A stretch of DNA of 64,000 nt from the human T2T-CHM13v2.0 reference genome, Homo sapiens, in the NCBI RefSeq assembly GCF_009914755.1, contig NC_060937.1, one strand, 5' to 3'. Every line of letters begins with the position of its first letter. Within the stretch, counting starts at the first letter, position 1. The notes under the pieces are model-generated. The model ran no database searches and was not told the DNA's origin. It saw nothing but the letters and a program-made list of their open reading frames with translations. Below are positions 13,875 to 28,123 of this stretch, in pieces. The position numbers and the translations under genes are program-made.

Positions 13875-16162
13875 TGATATGGTTAGGCTTTTTGCCCCCA
13901 TTCAAATCTCATCTTGAAATGTAATTCCCAGGTGTTTATGGAGAGAGCTGGTGGGAAGTGACTGGATTATCGGGGCAGTTTTCCCCCACGCTGTTCTCAT
14001 GATAGTGAATGAATTCTCAGGAGATTTGATGGTTTCATAAATAGTAGTTTTTCCTGCTTTCTCTCACCCCCACCATGTAAGACATGCCTCTTCCCCTTCT
14101 GCCATAATTCTAAGTTTCCTGAGGCCTCCCCAGTCATGTGGAACTGTGAGTCAATTAAACCTCTTTTCTTCATAAACTACTCAGTCTTGGGCAGTTTTTT
14201 ATAGCAGTGTGAAAACCGACTAATACAGTAAATTGGTACCACAGAGAGTGGGGCACTGCTAAGATACTTGAAAATGTTGAAGCAACTTTGGAATTGGGTA
14301 ATGGGCAGAGGTTAGAACAGTTTAGAGGGCTCAGGATAAGATAGGAAGATGGGAAAGCTTGGAACTTTCTAGAGACATATTAAATAGTTTTGACCAAAAT
14401 GCTGAGAGTGATGTGAACAATGCAGTCCAGGCTGAGGTGGTCTCAGATGGAGATGAGGAACTTATTGGGAATTGGAGTAAAGGTCACTCATGCTATTCTT
14501 TAACAAAGAGACTGGTGGCATTTTTGCCCTTGCCCTAGAAATATGTGGAACATCGACCTTGAGAGAGGTGATTTAGGGTATCTGGTGAAAGAAATTTCTA
14601 AGCAGCAAAGGATTTACCAGGTGACCTGGTTGATTTTCAAAGTCTTCAGTCTTATGCATTCACAAAGAGATGGGTTGAAACTGGAACTTATGTTTAAAAG
14701 GGAAACAGAGCATATAAGTTAGGAAAATTTGCAGCCCGACCATGTAGTAGAAAAGAAAAATGCATCTTCTGGGGAGGAATGCAAGCTAGCTGCAGAAATG
14801 TTTTTGAGTAATGTGGAGCAGAATGTTAACAGCCAAGACAATGGGAAAAATGTCTCCAGGGCATGTTAAAGACCTTCATGACAGCACTTCCCATCACAAG
14901 CCCAAAAGTCTAGGAGGCAAAAATGGTTTCTTGGGCCAGGCCCGGAGCCTCACTACTGCTCTGTGCAGCCTTGGGACTTGGCACCCTGCATCCCAGCCCT
15001 GGCTAAAAGGGGCCAGCATAGAACTCAGGCTGTTGCTTCAGAGGGTGTGAGCCCCAATCCCTGGTGGCTTCCATGTGGTGTTGTGCCTGTGGGTGCACAG
15101 AAGTCAAGAATTGAGGTTTGGGAACCTCTGCCTGGATTTCAGAGAATGTGTGAAAATGCCTAGATATCCAGGCAGAAATTTGCTGCAGGATAGAGCCCTC
15201 ATGGAGAATCTCTGCTAGGACAGTGCAGAAGGAAAATGCAGGGTCAGTGTTCCCACACAGAGTCCCCACTGGGGCACTGCCTAGTGGAGCTATGAGAAGA
15301 GGGCCAGCATCCTCCAGACCCCAGAATGGTAGATTCAATAACAGCATGCACTGTGCTCCCAGAAAAGCCACATACACTCAATGCCAGACTGTGAAAGCAG
15401 CTGAGAAGGAGACTGTACCCTGCAAAGCCATAGGAGTGCAGCTGTCCAAGGCTGTGGGAGCCTACCCTTTGCATCAGCATGACCTGCATATGAGACATGG
15501 AATCAAAGGTGATTATTTTGGAACTTTCAGATTTTAATGTAACCCCTTTTCTTTGACAGACTTATTTTATTTGGAATGGGAGCATTTATCCAATTCCTGT
15601 ACCATCATTGTATCTTGGAAGTAACTAACTTGTTTTTGATTTTACAGGCTCATAGGCAAAAGGGACTTGTCTTGTCTCAGATGAGACATTGGACTTTGAA
15701 ATTAATGCTGAAGCTAGTTGACATGGGAGGAATTTTGGGAAGGCATGATTGATTTTGAAATGTGAGGACATGAGGTTTGGAGGGGCCAGGAGTGGAATGA
15801 TATGGTTATGCTTTGTTTCCCCACCCAAAACTCAACTTGAATTGTAATGCCCAAGGGTTTAGGAAGAGACCTGGTGGGAAGAGACTGGATTATGGGGGCA
15901 GTTTCCCCCATCCCGTTCTCATGATAGTAAGTGAATTCTCACAAGATGTAATGGTTTTATAAATCATAGTTTTTCCTGTGTTTGTACTTGCTGTCACTTG
16001 CCTGCTGCCATGAAAAACATGACTCTTCCTCTTCTGCCATGATTGTATGTTTCCTTAGGCATCCCCAACCATGCAGAACTGTGATTCAATTAAACCTCTT
16101 TTCCTTATAAATTACCCACTCTTGGGTAGTTCTTTATAACTATATGAGAATGAACTAATACA
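13875..16162 (+). mobile_element. Full-length THE1 (THE1C/D-like) MaLR: LTR 13875-14227, internal 14228-15797, LTR 15798-16162
   Basis: Two TGATATGG...TAATACA LTRs, gtaaattggtacc internal start, purine tract before 3' LTR, TSD ctgcc/ctccc. Confidence 0.93.
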
Positions 16163-17839
16163 CTCCCTTATCCTTTACTTGTTAATTTATAATACTTATT
16201 TTGATCTTGCTTTATGCTAGATTTTTCTAAGATGTTTGGGCTATGATGTGGACAAATCATTTTAAACAAAGATAAATATTTATTTCCATGAGAAATCTCA
16301 GAGTCTTAGAAAAGGTTGTTTGTATGTACATCTTTAAAATATACCTATCTCATATTACACAAAATGAGTAATTTTACTTTTTGGCTGTGGAAAACCTATT
16401 CATCTTTTAGAATTCCAGAACACACCAGAATAAATCTTGGACAAAGATGTCTAAACAAAAATATGCTAATGTGTAGATGAGATCTGATGCATTCAGGGTG
16501 GAATAGCCATAGACAGAGGTGCTAATGTTTCAAATGAGATCTTAATTATTATTTTAGTGTTCTGTTTTAAAATGACTATAGAGACAGATTTCTTACTATT
16601 GATTCACATCCAGATGCAAGTAATAATTCTATACTGGCATATTCTTTCAAAGGAAGAAATACATCCTTTTTGGAAACAAAAAATCTGATGAAGCCTGACA
16701 GATCTACAGTTTGGTTGAACAAAAACCTCGATTTTTGGTTTTTCTACTAAAGAAACTTTATAATGTAAAATAAGACAACAAAGAAAATGACAAGTCTTCC
16801 TATGCTGTACCACTCCTATGTTCATGCATTTTATTTTCATAGATAAAGACGGCCTTAAAGAGTATAGATAACAATTTAAAATGTGGAGAATTAAAATTTA
16901 CCCAATAGCTTTTTGCTGTATATAAATCTTTAATATTTTAAAAATTATTCTAAATAAACTTGTAGAGAACATCTGTATACTTATGTTAATGTACAGTGGT
17001 CAAAATTGGAATCTATAATAACGTGCCATTTTCTATAATTCTTTTAAGTGTTTTAATTAGTTTATACATAATACATTCTATGTACACAATTCTCCTTTTA
17101 AGTTTGTTAATGTTTATAATACCTGATTTTAAATGTGACATTTAAAGCCTTTGAGTATTTGTGTTCTCTCCTAAATTGGCAACATCTTCCGGAATTGTTT
17201 TGTTTATGAGAGCACAGCATATGTTTAATTTTCTCCCAGTATGTTATGTAAACCAGAAGCAAACGTCTATGAGTACCGCTATTTAATTATTGTAATATTT
17301 ATACTAACTTTTTGCTTTTGAATGCACTGGATGACTTAAAATATTTTTCTAATAAAACTTTATAATAATAAAATAATTTAATAAGTTTTGCTCCATACTA
17401 TTCAATTCAAGTAAAAGAATTGAGAAAAGTAAGACGAAACCTTGGATTACTATTTTGCTGCTCTCCTTAGTTAACATAATGCCTTAGTTGTAATCACAAG
17501 GACCAAAATTTTATTATATAAAAGATATTCCCTTAAAACAATTAAGCTGAGAATGAAACTATTTATTAACAAAATAAAATATTAAAATATTAATTTTTTT
17601 CAAGATGGCAGATTAGATGCTTTCCATGTGCCTCAGCCTCTTGGAAATAACAAGATAGCACATAAAAATCCTCTCTGTGAAGTTTAATTTGAGAAGGAAA
17701 ATGGGAATCAACCAGAATTGTGAAGGGTTCCCCAGATCCCAGAGAGAATGTTAACAAACAGCCCCAGTAATGGCATCTGGCTGATAAAAGTGAATAAAGC
17801 TTTAGTATGTGAGCAAGGCTAAGAGCCTCCCTCCGTGAC

Positions 17840-18389
17840 TATGATGGTTAATATTGAGTGTCAACTTGATTGGATTGAAGGATGCAAAGTATTATTCCTG
17901 GTTGCATCTGTGAGGGTGTTGCCAAAGGAGATTAACATTTGAGTCAGTGGACTGAGAGAGGCAGAACCACCCTCAATCTTGATGGGTACCATCTAATCAG
18001 CTGCCAATATGGCTAGGATAAAAGCAGACAGAGGAATGTGGAAAGAGTAGACTGGCTGATTCTTTTGGCCTTCATCTTTCTTCTGTGCTGGGTTCTTCCT
18101 GCCTTTGAACATCAGAGTTCAAGTTCTTCAGCTTTTGAACTCTTAAAATTATACCAGTGGTTTGCCAGGGGCTCTCAGGCCTTTGGCCGAAGACTGAAAG
18201 CTGCACTGTTGGCTTCCCTATTTTTGAGGTTTTGGGACTAGGGTTGGCCTCTTTGTTCCTCAGCTTGCAGATGGCCTATTGTAGGGCTTCACCTTTGTGA
18301 TTGTGTGAGTCAATACTCCTTAATATACTCCCTTTCATATATACATCTATCCTATTAGTCTTGTCCCTCTAGAGAACCTGACTAATAAA
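17840..18389 (+). mobile_element. Solo HERV-L LTR (MLT2A2-like) inserted in the L1 5'UTR
   Basis: gatggttaatattgagtgtcaacttgattggattgaaggatgc start; ccctctagagaacctgactaata end; ~550 bp. Confidence 0.88.
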
Positions 18390-18849
18390 AGAACTCACCT
18401 TTTCACTGAGCATCTGAGCAACCCAGGCCGGGGGAGAGCAGTTTGTTTATCCCAAGCCCAGGAACTAAGCAGAGAAGAGGCTTTGAGACACTGTGATGAA
18501 AATAAACCTGCAGCAAATTCAAACATTTTGCTAGACCCAGGACTGAGAGCAGGATATCATTTTAATTCCAAATGCATGTAAGTTCAGTCATTCCTTTGCA
18601 ATCCAGAGTTTGGAGTGCTTGCTCTGGAGAGGGTTATAGGACTCTGCAGGCAGAACTGTGGAAACCACCTCAGCAACAGGGGCTGGAATTGCGCTTTCCT
18701 CCTTCACAAGCGTAGGGCAGAAGAAGAGCTCCTACAAGTATAGTTTCTCCTGTGGTGAGATGTGCAGCCATGGCCAGCTTGGTAACCTGGAACTGATCTG
18801 TATGTGACTTTCCTGGGTGCCAAATTCTGCTCCCTTGAAATCTTGATGC

Positions 18850-19440
18850 AGTGAGGCCTTCTCTGTTCCACCCCGAGGCAGACATCCAGGCACTCAGAGC
18901 AACCATTTACCTGATTCAGCAGCCTGAGCTGCCCAACCTTTCCTGGACATAGACTGATACAGCCAGACTGTCTCTGCTCCACACCCAGGCAGATCTCCAG
19001 GCATTTGGAGCACCTGTTTGCCTGGTACAACAACTTGAGTCACTCCAGCCCTCCTTTGCAGAGACCTTGTTGGGGGAGCCCTCTCTGCTCTATGCTCAGG
19101 CAGACCTCCAGCATTTGGAGCACTGCTTACCTGGATCAGAAGCCTGAGTCATTCCACTCTTCCTGTGCTGAGATCCTGGTGCAGAAGGGCCCTCTCTGCT
19201 ACATGTCCAAGCAGATCTCCAGGCATTCGGAGAACCTGCTTGCCTGGTTCAGCAGTCTCAGTTACCCTACTTCCCCTTTGCAGATATCTTGGTGCAGGAG
19301 GTTCCTCTCTACTAAATGCCCAGGCAGATCTCCAGGCTTCTGGAGAACCCATTCTCTTAAATTAGAAGTTTAGGTCACCTCTATCCCTGTGCAGAGAACT
19401 TAGAGCTGAGGTTTCCCAGCTCCACACCTAGGCAAGTATC
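18850..19440 (+). repeat. ~111-bp tandem monomers in the L1 5'UTR (5 to 6 copies)
   Basis: Anchor GGCAGATCTCCAGGCA-like at 18877, 18988, 19099, 19210, 19323. Confidence 0.85.
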
Positions 19441-22400
19441 TGGGGGCTTGGTGGCGCATGCTGGATTCTCCCTTGCTGCTGGTGCCTGTGCCTGCCATCC
19501 TGGACATGTAGGTGGAGCTGCCCAATTAGGCACCGCCCTTCATGGCCCCACATAGCCTGGGACTTAGCAGGGAGCTCAGACCACTGTGTGTTCCATGAAG
19601 AAGCCCATTACCTGAGGCAACTGAGAGGTTTTGCTAGTTAAAAAGGATGAAGTTTATAACCAGCCACATTGGCTGGAACAGTCCCCTACCAATTAAATGC
19701 CATCTACTGGCTTGTAGGTCAAACTGCAGTCAAATATAAAACCTGCCAAAAGAAGTGCATAGGACTATAGAGGAAAAGCCAAGGCTTTACCCAATATTTG
19801 CTGCAGTTGCACCCACTAGGGAAGATAAAAGGGATAAATGAAGAAAATAATAATAACATTATAAGGAAGGAAGTAAAAACAAAAAAAAACTACTCAAATG
19901 AAAATAATTTTTAAAAAATTCCAAATGCCAGCATCTCCAGATGAGAAGCAACCAGTACAAATATTCTGAGACCATGAAAAATCTGAATGTAGTGACACCA
20001 TCAAAAGATCGCACTAGCCCTCCAACAATAGTCCCTAACCAAAATGGAAATTTAGAAATGACATTAAAAAATCAAACATGAATTGCAAGGAAGCTTAATA
20101 AGATCCCAAACAAGGTTGAAAATCAAGAGGAAGAAACTTCTAAAGCAATCCGTAAAATAAAGGAAGAGATAAATATCTTAAATTATAGTCAATCAGAGCT
20201 TCTGGAGTTGAAAAATTCACTTAAGGAATTTCAAAATACAATTAAGTGGCTCATCAGTAGACTGGACCAAGCAAAACAAAGAAGTTTGGACTTTGTAAAC
20301 TAGTGTTTTGAATCAACACACTCAGACAGAAATAATAAAAATAGAATTTAAAAAAATAAAGTTTTTTCAAAAAATATGGGATAGTGTACAGTGACCAAAC
20401 CTACAAATTATTGGCATTCCTGATCAGAAAAAGAAAAAGTGAAAAACCTGAAAAATATATTTGAGAGAATTATTCAAAAAGCTTCTCTAATCTTGCTAGA
20501 GAGGTAGACATCTAGATACAAGAAATCCAAAGAACACTTGTGAGATACAATAAAAAATGAACATCACCAAGGAGTATAGTCGCCAGACTGACCAAGGTCA
20601 ACACTATTTAAAAAAAAAAAATTAAAGTCGGCCAGAGAAAAAGAACAGGTTACACACAAAGGGAACCTCTTCAGGCTAACAGTAGACTTCTCAATAGAAG
20701 CCTTACAATCCAGGTGAGATTCAGGGCCTATTTTCAGCATTATTAAAAAAAATAAATTCCAACCAAGAATTTCATGTCCAGCCAAACTAGGCTTTATAAT
20801 CAAGGGGAAAATAAAATATTTTCCAGACAAGTAAGTACTAAAAAAATTTGTTACCACTAGACCAGCCTTACAAGAGCACCTTAAGGTAGTTCTAAACATG
20901 GAAACAAAAGAATGATACCTGCTACCACAAAACACAGTTAAATACATAGTCTGGAGATTCTATGAAGCAACCACACAATAGAAACGACAGAGAAACCATC
21001 TAATAACTCCATGATAGAACCAAAACTTCACATATCAATATTGACATTGAATGTAAATGGTCTAAATGCCCACTCAAAAGGTTCACAGTGGCGTGTAGAA
21101 AAAGAAAAAAAAAAGACCCATCCATCTGCTATCCTTAAGAAATCCAGCTTACACATAACAACACCCATCGGCTCAAAGTAAACGGTTGAAGAAATATCTA
21201 TCATGAAAACAGAAAAACAAAAAAGGGCAGGAGTCACTATTTTTATATCACTATTTTTATATCAGATAAAACAAACTTTAACCCAACAACAGTAAAAAAG
21301 GATAAAGAAGATCATTTCATAATGATAAAGGATTCAATTCAACAAGAGGACATCACTATCCTAAATATATATGCCCTCAATGTTGGAGTACCCAGATTCA
21401 TAAAACAAGTACTTCTAGACCTACAAAAAGACATAGACAGCCACACAATTAGAGTGGGAGGCTTCAAAACCCCATTTACAACAATTGACAGATCGTCAAG
21501 ACAGAAAACTAACAAATAAATTCTGGACTTAAACTCAACGCTTCACAAATTGGACCTAGGAGACATCGATGGAATACTCCATCCACCAACCACAGAATAT
21601 ACATTCTTCTCATGTGTACATGGAACATACTCCAAGATTGACCACAGACTTGATCATAAAGCAAGTCTCAATAAATTCTAATACATTGAAATTATACCAA
21701 CCACACTTTCAGACCATAGTGGAATAAAAATAGAAATCAACACCAAGAAGATCTCTCAAAACAACACAATTACATGGAAATTAAACAACGTATTACTGAA
21801 AGACTTTTGGATAAAGAAATGAAAGGCAGAAAACAAACAATTCTTTGAAATAGATGAAAACAGTTACACAATTTTCAAAAATCTCTCGGATGAAGCAAAA
21901 GCAATGTTAAGAGGAAAGTTTATAGCACTAAATGCCTACCTCGAAAAGTTACATGATCTCAAATTAACATCACACCTAGAGGAATCAGAAAGACAAATAC
22001 AAACTAAGCACAAACCTAGCAGAAGAAAATAAATACTAAAATCAGAAAGGAACTGAATAAAATTGAGACCCCAAAATTCATCCAATCAATGAAAAAACAG
22101 TTAGTTTTTGAAAGGATACATAAGATTAACAGATCAGTAACCAGATTAACAAGGTAAAAAAAAAAAAGAGTGAAGATCTAAATAAGCACAATCAGAAATG
22201 ACAAAAGTGACATTACAACCAATCCCACAGAAATGCAAAATATTTTCAGAGACCATTATGGACACCTTTATGCAAACAAAGTAGAAAATCTAGAGGAAAT
22301 GAATAATTTCCTGGAAACACACAATCTCCCAAGATTGAATCAGGAAGAAATTGAAACATTGAATAGACCCATAATAAGTTTCAAAGGTGAATTAATAAAA

Positions 22401-22884
22401 AAAAACCTACCACCACCACCACCAACAAAAGGATCCAGACCAGTTGGATTCTACCAGACATACAAAGAAAAACTGGTACCAATGCTAATGAAACTATTCC
22501 AAATACATTGAGAAGCACAGACTTCTCCATGTTAGGGATGAGTTTTTGCTCCTCAATTTTTTGAAATAGTTTCTCCCTGTATTCTGTAAAACCAAAGTAA
22601 CCCTGATACACAAACTTGGCAAAGATACAATTAAAATATAAGTTACAAACCAGTATCTCTGATGAACACAGACACAGAAATCGTCAACCAAATACTAGTA
22701 AACTGAATTCAAAATGTTAATATTGCTAGCACATCAAAATGTTTATTTGTTATGATCAAATAGGTTTCATTCCTGGGAAGCAAGTTTGGTTAAACATATA
22801 CTAATAGATAAATGTGATTCAGCACATAAACATAATTAAAAACAAAAGCCGTATGATGATCTCAATAGATGGTGGAAAAAAAAT

Positions 22885-23052
22885 TTATTTTAGACTTTAT
22901 GTCATCGATTGAAAAAAATGTATGCCTTATGCATCATTAAAAAGAATAACCCCTGAAAATTAGACTGTGTTTTTCATGAATTGCAAAATGCATTAAGATT
23001 TTAGAAGTGTTAAAATGTGAGGTAATTTAGATATTATATCAATGAGATAAGG
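22885..23052. mobile_element. Probable MER104-like Tc2 MITE
   Basis: catcgattg...gattttagaagtgttaaaatgtga...caatgagataagg. Confidence 0.45.
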
Positions 23053-23229
23053 CATTTCACTTATTTTGTTATACATATTATCTTTCACAATGGCCTTCGT
23101 CCTAACAAATTCAATCTCTTTCAAAATTCTGTAAGTGGACTTTTAACTGTGACTCTTAACACAGTGCCTCTGGTACATTTTGTACTAGCATACGAGGTAA
23201 TATTAGTGTAAGTCCTAAAGTCACACACT

Positions 23230-23375
23230 ACCTTGGCAGAGATCCCCACTCACCACTTCTCAGTTATATGGCCTTGGCAAATTACCTAATATCCATAAGT
23301 TATTGTTTCTTTATCTATGAATATGGACATAATATTATCTAGTTACAGAACTGTTCTGAGGATGAAAAAATGATT
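23230..23375 (+). mobile_element. MIR fragment
   Basis: MIR core ggccttggcaaattacctaat...tttctttatctatgaatatgg. Confidence 0.6.
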
Positions 23376-24179
23376 GCTAGCTTCAAAATGAGACATATTT
23401 GCTCCTCTGATACATGAAAAACTTTTAAATAAGTTTTTGAGTATAGGAAGTATTATTAAATAAATTTCTACAACTTCAAATTCCATATACTCATTCCTAA
23501 TAGTTATCTGCCAGAGATGCTCCTGTGGGTTCTCCTTTCAAAACTCAGTTGTTGTAAATTGCAGCCTCTACCTGACTTTACTCTCATAGAATTTCTCTCA
23601 TCTCAATATGCTGACCTGCTCTGTGGAATTAAACTAAAAGAACTATCAAAATTATTATGTAGATACAGAGAAAAAAACACACTCATGATTGGGTAACAGA
23701 TTATCTCATAAAAGTTGGGTGGTTTCATTTATTGTTTGTATCAACACAATTGAATGCGTCCTTATTTTGAGTTTTTAATTAATAGGTCAAGAGGCATACA
23801 CTCTAATAATAAATTACTATATCATTTTTGGTATGTAACTTTGGAGTTCAAAGATTGAATGAGATGGCTATACTCAAACTTCTTCTGTTTCTATTCACTT
23901 ATATAAATAAGTTTTGCCAGTACTTACACTTAGATAAATGCAAACTAAGAAGAGTATTAATGCTAAACCATGTTCAAATTTAGAGATAGGTAATATCCAT
24001 CTTACTATTCACAAACTAACCAAAAAAGTTCCATTGTTATTATTTCTAATACAACTTTACTTTTTATGAATAATATTTATAAAATTTATAATATATGTAG
24101 TTTTGAGCTACTTTCACTTATAAGGAATATAGTGATAACTCATATTTAAAAATATTTTTATAGTTTCAAAATCCTTTCT

Positions 24180-24214
24180 GGAGTCGGACGTGCTATCGTT
24201 GTGCCACGAAGCCC
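24180..24214 (-). pseudogene. Tailless retropseudogene of the tRNA-Trp(CCA) 5' half
   Basis: Minus strand G-GGCTTCGTGGCACAACGATAGCACGTCCGACTCC matches recalled tRNA-Trp GGCCTCGTGGCGCAACGGTAGCGCGTCTGACTCC at 29/34; flanked by perfect 15-bp TSD ttcaaaatcctttct (24165-24179, 24215-24229). Confidence 0.9.
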
Positions 24215-24673
24215 TTCAAAATCCTTTCTAACTGTTGCAATAAATTATGTGGGTGTTTACTTGAGCACAAAACACATAATACATTAGGAATAAACTTTTT
24301 GAGGCTAGTGAACTTGAAATATTATATTAAGGGAATAAAGTGATGGGAAATATTTAAGAAAGTTAAAGAAGAGCTTGTTTATTGTTTTAATGACAGTGGA
24401 GAGTATCAAATTGCTTGGCATTTCATTGACATTACATACCCTTAGTCTCCATTTTTAAAATTTGTAATGCTACCATTTCTAATATGCCAGAAGTTTAAAT
24501 TTTTTTCTCTATTCACATATATGATAAAAATTTAGATGCCAATTTAAAAAACTAACAAAAAGGAAATATTTTAATAATTTTTTTGGAGTGTATATCAACA
24601 AAAATGTGAAGACCACTGATGTAGATAATACCTAACATCTGTTGCATGTTTTTTTTTTCAGTTATTAATTTCA

Positions 24674-25190
<517 letters not shown>

Positions 25191-25341
25191 CCCTCAACAT
25201 TTATGAGGCACTTCCTTCCAGAGGATTTAATTTAGTAAGTACTAAGTAAAAGGCATTCACTATTTCAGTTATCACTAATGGTAATGATAGTTATGAGTGG
25301 AAGTGTGATCAATAAAAACTGTTAATTGTAAGATTAATCCT

Positions 25342-25740
25342 GGCCCAGTGCAGTGTCTCCTTGCCTGTTATCTCAACACTTTGAGGGGCCAAGGAGGAAG
25401 AATAACTTGAGCCCAGGAGTTCGAGGTCAGCCTGGGCAACATAGTGACATGTCAATTCTACCAAAAAAAAAAAAAAAAAAAAGCCAGGCATGTTGGTGCA
25501 GGTCTGTTGTCCCAGAACTTTGGGAGACAAGGCAGGTAAATCGAGCACAGGAGTATGAGACCAGTCTGGGCAACATGGTAAAACCCATCTCTACAAAAAA
25601 TACGAAAAACTAACCAGGCATTGTGGCGCACGCCTGTAGTCCCAGCTGCTTGGGAGGCTGTCGGAGAATCACTGAGCCCAGGAGGTTCAGGGACTGCAGT
25701 TAGTTGTGATCGTGCCACTACACTCCAACCATGGTGAACA
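25342..25740 (+). mobile_element. Trimeric AluJ-type element (left + left + right arm), tail missing
   Basis: Two successive left arms, each with gag(c/a)caggag...cctgggcaacat, separated by an A-run, then a right arm. Confidence 0.8.
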
Positions 25741-25761
25741 AATCTTTCTGGTGTTTAATTT

Positions 25762-25854
25762 TATATCTATATCTATATCTATATCTATAGATATGTATAT
25801 ATAGATATGTATATATCTCTCACATATATCATTGCAGATGTTATATATAATAAT

Positions 25855-25904
<50 letters not shown>
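25762..25904. repeat. (TATATC)n plus (TA)23 microsatellite
   Basis: Uninterrupted TA run at 25859-25904. Confidence 0.95.
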
Positions 25905-25909
<5 letters not shown>

Positions 25910-26644
25910 GCAGAAGTCTGGGCAATAACAGATAACCCAAATTTATTAGATAAATAATTGAATGGATGAATGCCTTAATAAATAACTCTTAATATGCGTT
26001 TTCATTATTATATATCATTTTCCTTCGTATCGTCACAATATGTGCCTTGTGTTCAGGTTACCTCTTTTCACTATCACTTAGATATATGCAAGGGCTGAAT
26101 GGTACAATTTATCCTGCCATCTTTGAAAGTGAGACATGATACAATATATTAATGTGCTTTTTAGGAAAAAATAACCTCGGATTTATTTTTTGTCATTATA
26201 CTGATGCATTTTTTTCTACTGGTTCTTTACATTGGCCCATATTCCTTCTGGTATCTAGATACTGAATGAATATCTTGCTTGGCTTTGCATAGTATCTGTG
26301 GCTGTAGCTTTGGCAAAGTTAAGGCACAGAGGACAATTCTCTTAACAGTGCTTTATATCTTTTTCCCAGTACTTATTAAAATATTTTCTAAAATTACAAA
26401 ACTAATGCATATTGTTTTATTAAGATGTTAATTCTTTTCATTAAGACAACAAAGGAAGTTTTGTTTTAATCCAAACCTCCAGTGTGTTTGGAAATTGCAT
26501 GACCCTGTGTGAATAACAATATATGTGTGTTGGCAATTGAAGAGCTCAGACAATTCCTGTAATAAAGATATGTATTTAAATGTTCTTAAACTGTGTTTCT
26601 CAAATTTACTTGATTATACATCACCACTTAGAATTAATCTAATA

Positions 26645-26981
<337 letters not shown>

Positions 26982-27021
26982 TTATATTGCTACCAGCAAT
27001 ATAAGAGTTTGGAAACTAATT

Positions 27022-27580
27022 AGAGCTAGCAACCCCATTACTAGGTTTATTTCCAAAGGAATATAAATTGTTCTATCATAAGGTCACATACATCCATATG
27101 TTACTCACATCACTGTTCACAATAGAAAAGACATAGAGTCAACTTCTATGCCCATTAATTGTATAATGGATAAAGAAAATGTACACATACACTGTGGAAT
27201 ACAACACAGCCATAACAAAGAATGGGATTGTGTCTTTTGCAGCATCATGGATGGAGCTGGAGGCCATGATTGCAAGTGAACTAATGCAGGAAAAGAAAAC
27301 CAAATACCACATGTTCTCACTTAGTGGGTGATAAACAAACATTCAGAACACATGGACACAAAGAAGGGCACAAAAGACACCAGAGCATAATTCAAGGTGG
27401 AGAGTAGGAAGAGGGAGAGGATTGAAAAAAACTACCTATCAATACTATGCTTATTATCTGGGTGATGAAATAATGTGTACAGCAAACTCCTGTTATATGC
27501 AATTTACCTGTATAACGAGCCTGCACATGTACCACTTAACCTTAAATAAAAGTTAGAAAAACAGAAATAAAAATAAATAA
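27022..27580 (+). mobile_element. 5'-truncated L1PA (old, L1PA15/16-like) 3' end
   Basis: Decayed ORF2 C-terminus and 3'UTR ending taaataaaagttagaaaa. Confidence 0.8.
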
Positions 27581-27780
27581 ACATTCCTAAAAATCACTAA
27601 ATAAAGCTTTTTGGTAAATAGGAAAAAAATGTAATTTGTCTTTATATATAAATCATTCAAATAGCAAATACCTGCTGATCATTTGCTATTTGCCAGAGGA
27701 CTTTTCTAGTTTCTGGAGGTCCAGCAATGAACAAACAAATAAAAATTATTATCTAAAAAACGTTTTAAAAAGGTAAACAT

Positions 27781-28123
<343 letters not shown>

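Larger units (their letters stand above)
17600..22883 (+). mobile_element. Old L1 (L1PB/L1MA-like), 5'-intact and 3'-truncated; decayed ORF1 ~19930-20945, decayed ORF2 from 21011
   Basis: caagatggc 5' motif; ORF2 start MIEPKLHISILTLNVNGLNAPL; EN-domain ORF 21322-21519; homology ends at the IISIDAEK-equivalent region. Confidence 0.85.

Noticed and set aside
18850-19440. CRISPR-like array
   Set aside because: Whole units are homologous, with no unique spacers; it lies inside an L1 5'UTR in primate DNA
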